Virus record (IMG/VR): IMGVR_UViG_3300021960_000095
Location: 1-52,777 of that record
From: a virus
Taxonomy: Duplodnaviria > Caudoviricetes
Length of the DNA stretch: 52,777 nucleotides
Strand: one strand, 5' to 3'
Shown: positions 24,805-35,812 of the stretch, one piece after another
Layout of the letters: each line of letters begins with the position of its first letter
Numbering within the stretch: the stretch's first letter is position 1
Position numbers and translations under genes: made by a program
The notes under the pieces: model-generated
The model's database searches: none
Told to the model about the DNA's origin: nothing
The model's input: only the letters and a program-made list of their open reading frames with translations

Positions 24805-27800
24805 TGGCTATAAGTGAAAGGCTGATGGGTGCTGGTAACTTTGGAGTTACCTTTCTTCAAGACCAAACCCCGTCAGAAGTTATAAACAAAATTAAAGAGT
24901 GGGGACACATAGTTGTCACACCACAAGAAATGAATCCATCATTATATGATGATGCTTCTATGCTTGCTTCTGCAAGATATACAGGTGTTGTTTTAGCTAA
25001 ATCCCTAGAAGAGGGTGTAGTAACTGTTAGTGGTCAAGGACTACAACTTTACCTTGGAGACGATAGAGGTAAAGGTATGGTTATTGCTGAAAATCAAAAC
25101 TTAGGTAAAAAAAGAACATATACAAATCTACCTCTCTCAAGCGTTTTATTTCAATCTTCACAACCATACGGAATTATGCGTAATGAAGCTGGTAACTTAC
25201 AAGCAATTACACAAGGAACAATTTATGATGGTTCTGATACTTATACTGGTACACACTTCGTTGAAACTGCTTTACACGCACTAAAGTTTATTTGTGAAGA
25301 TTTAGGATATGAGTTTAGAGTAAATTCTGATGCAACAATAGATGCTGGCCCAGCAGCAAATCTTTTTACAGGTGTTAATACAGACCCAACAACTGTTGTA
25401 GTTAAAACTGGTTATGGAGATGACCCAACATATACAGGTTTAAGTCCAACTGGTGCTAGAACAGAATTTGATGCAAGAGACTATGTAACTAAAGTTGACT
25501 TTATTGCAGAAGTTGGTGCATTCAATGAACCTACTGACTTTGAGGGAGAAGCTTCTTTAAGTAGTGGAGACATTCCTTACTACGATATTCACGGTAACAA
25601 ACTATCAAGAACAGGTCTTGTTTCTGTTCCAGATATGGATTCTGATAGATTAGATAGCCAAGCACAAGTTATGCTTAATGAGTTATCTAGAGTTAAGAAA
25701 GTTCTTAACTTAGATTTAGAAGAATATGAAGTTACTGGTGATTTAAAAACTGGAGACTACATATTTGCTTTTGACCCAGTATTAGGATTCAATGATACAG
25801 AAACCCAAGCTTCTGCTGAATCAAGAAACTTATATGAAATTTCATTCAGAGGTCAACAAATAAACCCAATTAAAGTAAGAGTTGTAGGTTTAAGCTATCC
25901 AATTAAAAGTGGTATGGGTGTTTACTTCAGAAGCTTTGACGGTTCTAATGTTACTTACACAGATTTAACTCCTTATGTATCTTTTGAAGAGGGAGATACA
26001 CAAGTTGAGTTAGGTGATGTTCTAAGAGATATATCGGATGATATGCGATTTAATGAGTATTCGATAGCTGCTAGAACAGCATCAGCAAAGTCTATACCAG
26101 ACCTACCAAGTACTCCTACTTTGCAATCTGGTACTTACCTAGATGGTACAGGTGAATCTAAAGGATTCATTCGTATCGTCTTCTCTAAACCATCCAACAT
26201 TGATGGCTCAAATATAACTGACGGAAGTCACTATAGAGTGAGATATCGTGTTTCTGATGGACTTTCCACAAGCGGCGGTGCCTCGGCGAATGAATATTCA
26301 TATAAGGATTTTCCTTATACAGGGGCATCTACCGAAACTTTAATGATTACAGACTTAACTGTAGGAAAAGCTTACAGAATAGGTGTTGCAACAGTAGATA
26401 CTTCTGGATTTAGAAGAAAAACAGACTACACAGCTAGCGGAGAAGATGTTTACACAGACACTCCATCTATAAATCCAAACTATACAACAAATGCGATTAT
26501 TGAAATAGATAGAGACGGACAAGCTCCATCTAAACCAAAACAAGCACAAGCTATATCAGCTAGTACATTAAGAGTACAGGTCACACATTATTTAGGTAAA
26601 GATGGTGTAGATGGTTTAGGAAATCCATTTGGAGACTTTACTTTAGAGGGAGATGTTGACCACCTAGATGTACACGTAGTAACGAAAAACGGTAATACAG
26701 CAAACTTTACAGTCAGCACTTCTACAAAAAGAGGTGAATTAAGAGTTACTTCTGGAAACATACTTCAACAAATTCCACTTGTGGGAAGTCTGGAACTAGA
26801 AGATTCACAAGATTATTATTTTAGATTTGTAGCTGTAGATAAATCGGGTAACGAATCTCCCGCTTCAGATGGACAGACAGCTGTAGCAAATCTTATTGCC
26901 GAACAAAACATTGAGGATGCAACAATAACAACAGCTAAAATAGGTTTAGCTCAGATTACAAATGCTCTTATTGCAGATGCAACTATTACAGATGCAAAAA
27001 TACAATCCTTAACAGCAGATAAAATTACTGCTGGAACAATAGATGCTTCTGTCATAACGGTAACAAATCTCGATGCATCTAATATAACTGCTGGTACTTT
27101 GGACGCAAACACGGTGACTATTTCTAACTTAACTGTTGATGTTGCAGATGTTAACAACTTAAACTTTGCTTCTTTAGGTGCTACTTCACAAGATATTATT
27201 AATACACTTGCTACTGACGCAATTCTTTCAACGATAAGTAACGGTGGTATACCAGAAGCTAAATTAGGGAACCTATCTGCTAACAAAATAACTACTGGAA
27301 CTTTAGACGCTAACAACGTAACTATCAGCAACTTAACTGTTGATGTTGCTGACATAAATAATTTAAGCTTTTCGTCTTTGAATGCTACTTCTACCGACAT
27401 TATCAATACTATTGCTTCAAATGCAATTCAAGATGCCAAAATAGCTTCTGGATTGAATCCATCTAAAATAAGCGGTTTTGGAGCTATTAGTGGTAATCAA
27501 GTTGTTATAAACGCAAGTAGCGGATTATCAATTTTGTACGGAGAATTAAATTTAAATAACAAAGGTATCACTAATGCAAATGACCTTGAGTTAAATAATG
27601 GTAGTTCTTTTAGTTCTAGTGGTAACTTGTTTGCTACTGGAACAGTAAGGTCAAATAGCTATCATTCAGCAACTAGATATTATGATATTCTTTCTTCATC
27701 TAATATGGACCTTGCTTCAAGCTTTGTTTATTTAAAACCTGGCGATAACTTTGGTTTAAATGTTAGTACAAGTACATCAACAATATATTCAACTTTTCAA

Positions 27801-28334
27801 CCAAGTGCAGATAATTCAAAAAACTTAGGTACTTCTACAAGGAGATGGTCTACAGTTTATAGAGTTTCTGAATCTTCAACATCTGATGAAAGATTAAAAG
27901 AAAACATCATAGATATTGATTACGGTTTAGATTTTATAAATGATTTAAGACCTAGGGAGTTTACTTGGAAATCTTGGTCTAATGGATTTTCTTGTAGTAC
28001 TTGTGGACAGATTTACGATGAATTACAAGATTGTACTTCACAAATAAAATCTGTAAATGAGAATGACGAAGAAGTCTTAATAGACTGTACAGGAACTCTA
28101 GAAGAACAATTCACTGAAGCAGATGATAAATATACTTTTGGCTTTATTGCACAAGAATTACTTCCTAATTTGGGTACAGAAAAAGATTACAACTTAATAA
28201 ATCATAATATTGAAGAAGATGAATACAATTACTCTCAAGAAAATTTAATCGCACCTTTAGTAAAAGCAGTACAAGAACTCTCAAATAAAGTCGATGACTT
28301 AACTGCTAGAATAGAAGTACTGGAGGCTGGATAA
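24804..28334 (+). CDS. tail tip/central fibre with FN3-like domains and C-terminal S74 autocleaving chaperone
   Basis: FN3-like YRVRYR and YYFRFVAVDKSGNES; ITTAKI repeats; SDERLKENI...GFIAQEL...LIAPLVKAVQEL. Confidence 0.85.
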   Translation: MAISERLMGAGNFGVTFLQDQTPSEVINKIKEWGHIVVTPQEMNPSLYDDASMLASARYTGVVLAKSLEEGVVTVSGQGLQLYLGDDRGKGMVIAENQNLGKKRTYTNLPLSSVLFQSSQPYGIMRNEAGNLQAITQGTIYDGSDTYTGTHFVETALHALKFICEDLGYEFRVNSDATIDAGPAANLFTGVNTDPTTVVVKTGYGDDPTYTGLSPTGARTEFDARDYVTKVDFIAEVGAFNEPTDFEGEASLSSGDIPYYDIHGNKLSRTGLVSVPDMDSDRLDSQAQVMLNELSRVKKVLNLDLEEYEVTGDLKTGDYIFAFDPVLGFNDTETQASAESRNLYEISFRGQQINPIKVRVVGLSYPIKSGMGVYFRSFDGSNVTYTDLTPYVSFEEGDTQVELGDVLRDISDDMRFNEYSIAARTASAKSIPDLPSTPTLQSGTYLDGTGESKGFIRIVFSKPSNIDGSNITDGSHYRVRYRVSDGLSTSGGASANEYSYKDFPYTGASTETLMITDLTVGKAYRIGVATVDTSGFRRKTDYTASGEDVYTDTPSINPNYTTNAIIEIDRDGQAPSKPKQAQAISASTLRVQVTHYLGKDGVDGLGNPFGDFTLEGDVDHLDVHVVTKNGNTANFTVSTSTKRGELRVTSGNILQQIPLVGSLELEDSQDYYFRFVAVDKSGNESPASDGQTAVANLIAEQNIEDATITTAKIGLAQITNALIADATITDAKIQSLTADKITAGTIDASVITVTNLDASNITAGTLDANTVTISNLTVDVADVNNLNFASLGATSQDIINTLATDAILSTISNGGIPEAKLGNLSANKITTGTLDANNVTISNLTVDVADINNLSFSSLNATSTDIINTIASNAIQDAKIASGLNPSKISGFGAISGNQVVINASSGLSILYGELNLNNKGITNANDLELNNGSSFSSSGNLFATGTVRSNSYHSATRYYDILSSSNMDLASSFVYLKPGDNFGLNVSTSTSTIYSTFQPSADNSKNLGTSTRRWSTVYRVSESSTSDERLKENIIDIDYGLDFINDLRPREFTWKSWSNGFSCSTCGQIYDELQDCTSQIKSVNENDEEVLIDCTGTLEEQFTEADDKYTFGFIAQELLPNLGTEKDYNLINHNIEEDEYNYSQENLIAPLVKAVQELSNKVDDLTARIEVLEAG

Positions 28335-29572
28335 TGGCTGATATCATAAACGAGGGTGACTCCAAGTTAGAGGTAATAGATTCCTCTACCGCTGCTCTAG
28401 CAAAAATAATTGCAGAACTTAATGGAGTTCTTCGTGTAGAACAAACAAATCAATTACTTAATTTCTATAATCCTAACGACCAAATAGAAACTGGGAATGC
28501 AACAGACGATAATCAAGGCGCTGCTTCTACTTTTAATGGTTTACAAGTTGCTGATGCTACTGTAAGAATACAATCTGGTGATGGAGTATCTGTTCCAGAA
28601 TCTAATCTTTATATGGATGGTAAATCCATTATTTCTGATAAAACTCTTGCAATAGGTACAACAGGTCAAAAAGAATTACATTTAGGAACAAATGGTACCC
28701 AGTGGGTAAAAATTACAGAGTCTGGTTATTTAGACTTTAGTAAATTAACAATATCTGGAGACCAAGGTACAGCAGGACAATTAATTAGAAATGCTGGAAA
28801 TGGAACTATTGAGTGGTATACAGCAGATAACTTAAATAGTTTTGGAACAATATCTATAGGTGGAACTGATGTAGATGCAGACGCAGTAGGAGATAGTTTA
28901 AATCTTGTTGCTGGTAATAATATAACAATATCTGCTGATGATGTCACAAATACAATAACAATTAATGCTGCACAACCTAATGTTTTCTCAACAATATCTG
29001 TAAGTGGTCAGAGTGATATAACACTAGACCAAGCTTCAGATACTTTAAACTTTGCTGCTGGTAGCGGAATAGCTATAACAACAGACCCAATTACAGATAC
29101 TTTGACTATTACTTCTACTGTTAGTGGTGGTAGTACTGAAGATGTCTTTAAAAATATTGTTGTTACTGGTCAACCTACTGTAACTGCTGATTCAAGCACT
29201 GATACATTAACGTTTACTGCTGGAGACGGCATAAGTATCACAACTGATGATGCTACAGATGCAATAACCTTTACAAACAATAAAACAAGGCTTTTATCTA
29301 AATTAGGATACTTTGCATACACTGAAACTAACGGAACTTCTACTGAATTACCTCTAAGAAACTTTTTTATTAATAATTCGACCACAATACCAGTAAATGG
29401 TGGTGGTTCACTAGTAGGTCTCAGTACCCGTGCTTTACGTCTGCTACAATCAGATGGTAGCACTTATAAGTTTATGATTATGCCAGCTAATAGTGCTGGT
29501 GATAGTTTAACTCTTACTTTTACAAAGTCAGATGGAAGTACTGTAACTAAAGATATAACAATGGCGGCATAG
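28334..29572 (+). CDS. tail fibre/structural protein
   Basis: Three F..I.V.G...D...DTL.F.AG.GI.IT.D...D.ITI repeats. Confidence 0.7.
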   Translation: MADIINEGDSKLEVIDSSTAALAKIIAELNGVLRVEQTNQLLNFYNPNDQIETGNATDDNQGAASTFNGLQVADATVRIQSGDGVSVPESNLYMDGKSIISDKTLAIGTTGQKELHLGTNGTQWVKITESGYLDFSKLTISGDQGTAGQLIRNAGNGTIEWYTADNLNSFGTISIGGTDVDADAVGDSLNLVAGNNITISADDVTNTITINAAQPNVFSTISVSGQSDITLDQASDTLNFAAGSGIAITTDPITDTLTITSTVSGGSTEDVFKNIVVTGQPTVTADSSTDTLTFTAGDGISITTDDATDAITFTNNKTRLLSKLGYFAYTETNGTSTELPLRNFFINNSTTIPVNGGGSLVGLSTRALRLLQSDGSTYKFMIMPANSAGDSLTLTFTKSDGSTVTKDITMAA

Positions 29573-29578
29573 GAAACA

Positions 29579-32500
29579 ATGGCAGCAAAAACACCAATTA
29601 GAGGAGATTATAACGGTTCCGATTTAGTCGGATTATCCGAGTTTCTAGCTTCTGAATTCGTAGATATTTCAGATGGTGGTACTGGCGCTACTAATGCTTC
29701 TGATGCAAGAACAGCTTTAGGATTAGCAATTGGTTCAGACATTCAAGCATATCACGTCAACCTTGCTGATATATCTTCACTTGCAGTAACTGATGGCGGA
29801 ATAATTGTTGGCGATGGTAATAACTTTGTATTAGAAACAGGAGACACAGCTAGAACTTCTTTAGGACTAGGTACAACTGACTCCCCAACATTTAACAATC
29901 TAATACTTTCTGGAAACCTCACTGTTAGTGGTACAACAACCTCAATCAACACAGAAACAATTAATTTAGCTGATAACAATATAGTTTTAAATAGCAACGC
30001 TACTGGTTCTGCTTTAGAAGATGCAGGTATAACTATTGAGCGTGGAGATGACCCTAATAAAACACTTATCTGGGATGAAACTAATGACTATTGGACAGTA
30101 GGTTCTGAAACTTTTGTAGCTGCTAACTTTGCTGGTAGTTTAAGTGGAACTTCTGTATTAGCTGATGGTGTAACTGCAACTACACAAGCTGCTTTAGATA
30201 ATTCAACAAAAGTAGCTACAACTGAATATGTAGATTCTGCAGTAGCACAAGAAAACGAATTAGCAGAGATGAACGATGTTACTCTTACTAATTCACAAAA
30301 TGGAGACTTTTTAAGGTATAACGGTAGTGTTTGGATAAACGACGCTGTTGATTTGGCTACAGATACCGTAGGTGATTTCGTACAAAGTATTACTGGTGGA
30401 GACGGTCTTGCAATAGATGTAACTTCTGGTGAGGCACAAACCCCTACACTTTCTGTAAATGTAGACGATAGCTCTATAGAAATAAGCTCTGATAGCTTAC
30501 AAGTAAAAGCTCTTGGTATTACCAATGCAATGCTTGCAGGCTCAATTGAAAATGCAAAATTAGTAAACAGTGATATAACTTTTACAGACGGAACTACTCC
30601 AACTGTTGCAAGTCTTGGAGATACGATTACTTTTACTGGTGGCACTGGCGTAACAATTGCTAACACTGCTGGTAACTTTGATTTCAGTTTTGACATTGCA
30701 GAAGTAAAATCACAAGTAGACGAATATGCTCAAGACGCATTATACGATGCTTTCGTAGCTGGTACACAAACTTTAATTACTGTTGCTTATGATGATAATG
30801 CAAATTCAGTAAGTTACACAGTTGAAAATGATTTATCACTATATGACAATACTACTTCTGCTTTCATAACATTAACAAGTTTATCTGCTCCAAATGCAGA
30901 TGGTGTAAGTTATGACAATGCTAATGGTCAAATAACCTTAGCCAACATACCAAATTCAAGTCTTACAAACAGCAGTGTATCAGTAAGTGATGGTACAACT
31001 TCAACTGCTATTTCATTAGGCGACACAATAACATTTACAGGTGGAGCTGGTGTAGATATAGTCAATACAGCTGGTACTTTAGACTTTACTTTCGACCTCA
31101 CAGAAGTTGCTTCTGAAATAACTGAAGCTGCTCAAGACGCAATAGACGCTTTACTTACTGCTGGAACTCAAACAAGAATAACAGTTTCTTATAATGATGT
31201 CGCTAACTCACTTAGCTATACAGTAGATGATGACTTAGCTAATTACGATAACACCAACACTGCTTTCATAGATTTAACAGATTTATCAGCAACATCTGCT
31301 ACTGGTGTTACCTATGATAACTTAACTGGTACTATTGCCCTTGCTTCAATACCTAATTCAAGCCTTACAAATAGTTCTGTAACCATTAATGCTAATGCTC
31401 TATCACTTGGTGGAACATTAACATTAGTTACAGATGATATAGCAGAAGATGTTTCGCCAACTAATCTTTACTTCACAGATGAAAGAGCACAAGACGCGAT
31501 TGATGCAGCATTTAGTGCAGGTACTCAAACTAGAATTACCTACGCTTATGATGATAACGCTAACTCATACTCATTAACAGTTGATGATGACTTATCAAAC
31601 TACGACAACACTACTTCTGCATTTATTACAGCAGATAGTACAGATACACTTACAAATAAAACTTTTGATGCTAACGGTACTGGCAACAGTATTTCAAATA
31701 TAGAAGTTGCTGATTTAGCTGGTTCTGCTGTTGTTATAGAGTCTGAGGGGATTGCTTCAAATGATAATGATACAACATTACCAACTTCTGCAGCAGTTAA
31801 AGATTATGTAGACACACAAATTACAGCTCAAGACTTAGACATTACAGACGGAACAACAACGTCTGCAGTTGATTTAGATTCACAAACATTAACAATCCAA
31901 GGTACTGCTAATCAAGTAGATGTAAGTGTCAGTGGTCAAGTATTTACTGTTGCATTACCAAATGATGTAACTATAGCTGGTAACTTAACTGTACAAGGTA
32001 CTACAACACAAATAGATTCAAACACAGTTAATATCGGCGACAATATCTTAGTACTTAACTCAGACGAAACTGGTACTCCATCACAAAATGCAGGTATTGA
32101 AATTGAAAGAGGAACTGATACAAATGTAAGTTTGGTGTGGGACGAAACAAATGATTACTGGACAGTAGGTAGCAAAGATTTTGTAGCTACAAATCTTACT
32201 GGTACATTGAGTGCTACCTCTGTTTTAGCAGATGGCGTTACAGCTACAACTCAGAGTGTTAATGATAACTCTACTAAAGTTGCAACCACAGCTTATGTGG
32301 ATGCACAAGTTACATTACAAGACTTAGACTTCGCAGGTGATAGTGGAACTGGACAAGTAGATTTAGATAGCCAAACATTAACTGTTACTGGTGGAACAGG
32401 AATTACCACAACAGCATCATCACAATCTGTAACTATAGACATTGATTCAACTGTAGCTACATTAACTGGTACACAAACCCTAACTAACAAGACTTTAGGC

Positions 32501-35500
32501 GCTACAACAATTGCTGGACACTTAATTCCAGATACAGATGTATCTTATGACTTAGGTTCTAGCGCTCTTAAGTTTAGAGATTTATATCTAAGTGGTTCAT
32601 CAATCTACTTAAATACAAATACAATAACTTTAAATAGTGGAAACTACGAGTTTAGTGATGGTTCAAATGTCATCACAATGCCAATTGCTTCCACTGATAC
32701 ATTAGTTGCTAAAAACACAACAGATGTCTTAAGTAATAAAACTGTTGTTGATACAGATAACACAATGGTTAAAACTATTGTTGTTGATGTAACAGCAGGT
32801 AAATTTAGATTTAATGGTCAATCAGAAGCAATACTTAACTTAGAAGCAAATCAGAACTATAGGTTTGATACATCACATACATCTCTTGCTACAGACCCAT
32901 TTGCATTATCAGAAACAGTGGATGGTTCTAACACAGAAGTTAGCTCTACTTATGTAACAGATGAGTTTGACCCATCACAAATTATCTCTGACACAATCAC
33001 ATTTACAGCTGCTCACGGTTTAACAACAGGAGATGAAATAGTATACGACCAAAATGCTGACTTTGAAATTGATGGTCTTACAAACGGAACAAAGTATTAC
33101 GCAATAGTAGTAAGCAGTACAGAAATACAAGTAGCTGCTTCTACTTCTGATGCTGCAGCTGGTACACAAATAGCAATTGCAAATGGTAGTGCTACAACTA
33201 ACCAATTATTTAGAACATATACTTACACTTATGGTTCTGAATACACAACTGGTTTAACTACTGTAGGTACACAAGGTCAAGCTGGTTCTTACAAAGAATT
33301 AAGAGTACACACTACAACACCTACCTTATTCCCATTCTCTAGTGCAAATTCTAACAGAGGTGGTAATGCTAAAGGTAGGCCAGAAAGAGTTGGACGTTTC
33401 GTTGGTTTAGATACAGATGATGTTCTCATAAATAAGACTTTAGACCTAGAACTAAACACAATAAAGATTACTTATGCTGTAACTGTTGCAGTTGGTTCTG
33501 ATGGAAACAATAAATATTTCATAGACGGAGAAGAAACTGCTTCATTAGCACTTGTATCTGGATTCACATACATATTTGATTTATCAGATTCTTCTACTGC
33601 TACACATCCATTTAGATTAAATACTGGAAAAGACGGTACAGGAACAGCTTTAACAGCTGGTGTAACTTATGTTGGTACGCAAGGTCAATCTGGAGCTTAT
33701 GTACAAATTGCAGTTAACTCTACTACACCAGACTTAGTTTATTACTACTGTACTAGTCATTCGGGAATGGGTGGAAATTCAGTATTAACAGTTGCTGGTG
33801 CTGACCTTTCAACACAAACAACTGATGATTTAACACAAGGTACATCAAACTTCTATTATTCAGATACCTATGTAGATAATCATTTAAGCGGTGGTACTGG
33901 TATTGATTACACAACTGGAACAATCTCTGTAGAAGATTCAATAATTACTGCTCAATCAACCAAAGCTAGCCCAGTTGGAACAGACCAAGTATTAATTTAT
34001 GACGTATCTGGTACTTCATTAAAGAAAATTACAATTCAAGACATTGTTTCTCAAGCTGGTGCTGGTTCAATGTCAAGCTTTACATTAAGTGATGGTTCGT
34101 TAACTACACCAATTACAGACGCTGATACATTAACTGTATCTGGTGTAGCGAATGAAACAACTGTTGCAGTAGGAACAGACACATTAACAATTGGCTTAGC
34201 AGATGAAATAACCGCAGACATAAACGGTGCAATACACGTAAAAGCTAAAAACGAATCTGGTGCAACAATTACAAAAGGTACTCCAGTATATATATCTGGA
34301 CAATCTGGTTCTGGTCAAGAGTTTACAGTAGATGTTGCTGACGCTGACGATTCAGCAAAAATGCCAGCAGTTGGTATAGCTTATGCAGATTCAAACAACA
34401 ACTCTGAAATAACAATTGTTACACACGGTAAGTTTATAGGAATAGACACATCATCATTCTCAGTAGGAGATGACGTCTATGTTTCTACAACTGGAACATT
34501 AACAAGCACAATTCCAACTGGAGAAACTTCTGGAATACAAAAGATTGCTAAAGTAATTAGAAGTCACGCTAGCACTGGTCAAATCTATGTTATGGGTGCA
34601 AGCAGAACAAATGCTACACCTAACTTAGATGATGGAGATATATTCATAGGTAATGCTTCCAATCAAGCAGTTACAGCTTCATTAAATACTAAGATTTCTG
34701 ATTACCTAGGAGCTGGTGGAGATATCACAATTGGTGGTAACTTAATAGTTCAAGGTAGCACAACAACAGTAAACCAAACTGAAATAAATGTACAAAATGC
34801 TTTTGTCTTTGAGGGAGCTACTGCAGATGCATTTGAAACTACTTTATCTATAGAAGACCCAACAGCAGATAGAATTATAACTCTTCCAGATGATGACGGT
34901 ACTATTGCTTTAAATACAAGTGCATTAATTACAGGACAATCTGCACTTGTTGGTTCAATAGATACAGCAAATGACTTAGTTCTTCTTTATGATGCAAGTG
35001 CTACAAGCCTTACAAAAGTAGATGTAGCTACCTTGTTAGCATCAGCTGGTGCAGGTTCTTTTAACGACTTTACACTACAAGCTGATACTGGAACACCAGA
35101 AGTAGTAGCTGATGGAAACACAGTAACATTCACTGGTGGAACTGGTATTGACACAAGCGTAAGTGCTACAGATACAATAAACATCGCAATAGATTCTACA
35201 GTATTAACAACAAGTTCTAACTTAAATGATTTAGCTAACGTAAATGCTGGCTCTCCACAAAATGGAGAATCACTTGTTTACAACTCATCTAGTGGAAAAT
35301 GGGAACCATCTTACGTAAGCGGTGGTGGCGGTGGAGGAACTGCTGATTCTATAAAGATTGTTAACTATCTTGGTATAGAGAAATTCATAACAGTTTCTAA
35401 CTCTGAAATACCATTTATAGAATACGACGGTTCTTCAGATACTTCTGACCCATTACCAATATCTAACTCTGTATTAGACTTCCAAGAAACTGCTGATGGT

Positions 35501-35812
35501 GTAACTTTCGTTGATGATGATATCCAATTAGCTGTAGCTGAAGATACATTCTCAGTAATCGTTGATACTGCAGGAGATACTGCAGTAACTACTGAAGAAA
35601 CAGGCAACCAAGTTGGTTTCTTCACACAGGGATTAAAGAGAGGTTTTGTAGATGAGTTAGGTTTTAGCATAGGTGAAGACGGTATGGGCTTTAGGAATCC
35701 CGACAAATATGACGCAACAACTACAGTTCCTAGCGGTCAAAATATGATGATGGCTGGACCTATTACATTTTCTGGTACAATAACAGTACAAGGGAGGCTC
35801 GTAATTGTCTAA
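29579..35812 (+). CDS. giant repetitive tail fibre/adhesin (2077 aa)
   Basis: T/D/S/G-rich; duplicated AGI.IERG...WDETNDYW and triplicated AQDA..AGTQT blocks; YYCTSHSGMG motif. Confidence 0.8.
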   Translation: MAAKTPIRGDYNGSDLVGLSEFLASEFVDISDGGTGATNASDARTALGLAIGSDIQAYHVNLADISSLAVTDGGIIVGDGNNFVLETGDTARTSLGLGTTDSPTFNNLILSGNLTVSGTTTSINTETINLADNNIVLNSNATGSALEDAGITIERGDDPNKTLIWDETNDYWTVGSETFVAANFAGSLSGTSVLADGVTATTQAALDNSTKVATTEYVDSAVAQENELAEMNDVTLTNSQNGDFLRYNGSVWINDAVDLATDTVGDFVQSITGGDGLAIDVTSGEAQTPTLSVNVDDSSIEISSDSLQVKALGITNAMLAGSIENAKLVNSDITFTDGTTPTVASLGDTITFTGGTGVTIANTAGNFDFSFDIAEVKSQVDEYAQDALYDAFVAGTQTLITVAYDDNANSVSYTVENDLSLYDNTTSAFITLTSLSAPNADGVSYDNANGQITLANIPNSSLTNSSVSVSDGTTSTAISLGDTITFTGGAGVDIVNTAGTLDFTFDLTEVASEITEAAQDAIDALLTAGTQTRITVSYNDVANSLSYTVDDDLANYDNTNTAFIDLTDLSATSATGVTYDNLTGTIALASIPNSSLTNSSVTINANALSLGGTLTLVTDDIAEDVSPTNLYFTDERAQDAIDAAFSAGTQTRITYAYDDNANSYSLTVDDDLSNYDNTTSAFITADSTDTLTNKTFDANGTGNSISNIEVADLAGSAVVIESEGIASNDNDTTLPTSAAVKDYVDTQITAQDLDITDGTTTSAVDLDSQTLTIQGTANQVDVSVSGQVFTVALPNDVTIAGNLTVQGTTTQIDSNTVNIGDNILVLNSDETGTPSQNAGIEIERGTDTNVSLVWDETNDYWTVGSKDFVATNLTGTLSATSVLADGVTATTQSVNDNSTKVATTAYVDAQVTLQDLDFAGDSGTGQVDLDSQTLTVTGGTGITTTASSQSVTIDIDSTVATLTGTQTLTNKTLGATTIAGHLIPDTDVSYDLGSSALKFRDLYLSGSSIYLNTNTITLNSGNYEFSDGSNVITMPIASTDTLVAKNTTDVLSNKTVVDTDNTMVKTIVVDVTAGKFRFNGQSEAILNLEANQNYRFDTSHTSLATDPFALSETVDGSNTEVSSTYVTDEFDPSQIISDTITFTAAHGLTTGDEIVYDQNADFEIDGLTNGTKYYAIVVSSTEIQVAASTSDAAAGTQIAIANGSATTNQLFRTYTYTYGSEYTTGLTTVGTQGQAGSYKELRVHTTTPTLFPFSSANSNRGGNAKGRPERVGRFVGLDTDDVLINKTLDLELNTIKITYAVTVAVGSDGNNKYFIDGEETASLALVSGFTYIFDLSDSSTATHPFRLNTGKDGTGTALTAGVTYVGTQGQSGAYVQIAVNSTTPDLVYYYCTSHSGMGGNSVLTVAGADLSTQTTDDLTQGTSNFYYSDTYVDNHLSGGTGIDYTTGTISVEDSIITAQSTKASPVGTDQVLIYDVSGTSLKKITIQDIVSQAGAGSMSSFTLSDGSLTTPITDADTLTVSGVANETTVAVGTDTLTIGLADEITADINGAIHVKAKNESGATITKGTPVYISGQSGSGQEFTVDVADADDSAKMPAVGIAYADSNNNSEITIVTHGKFIGIDTSSFSVGDDVYVSTTGTLTSTIPTGETSGIQKIAKVIRSHASTGQIYVMGASRTNATPNLDDGDIFIGNASNQAVTASLNTKISDYLGAGGDITIGGNLIVQGSTTTVNQTEINVQNAFVFEGATADAFETTLSIEDPTADRIITLPDDDGTIALNTSALITGQSALVGSIDTANDLVLLYDASATSLTKVDVATLLASAGAGSFNDFTLQADTGTPEVVADGNTVTFTGGTGIDTSVSATDTINIAIDSTVLTTSSNLNDLANVNAGSPQNGESLVYNSSSGKWEPSYVSGGGGGGTADSIKIVNYLGIEKFITVSNSEIPFIEYDGSSDTSDPLPISNSVLDFQETADGVTFVDDDIQLAVAEDTFSVIVDTAGDTAVTTEETGNQVGFFTQGLKRGFVDELGFSIGEDGMGFRNPDKYDATTTVPSGQNMMMAGPITFSGTITVQGRLVIV

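Noticed and set aside
27080-27420. DNA repeats in tail genes (also 45790-46140) as a DGR template/variable pair
   Set aside because: In-frame protein repeats with mostly synonymous, non-adenine-specific differences; no reverse transcriptase in the window.
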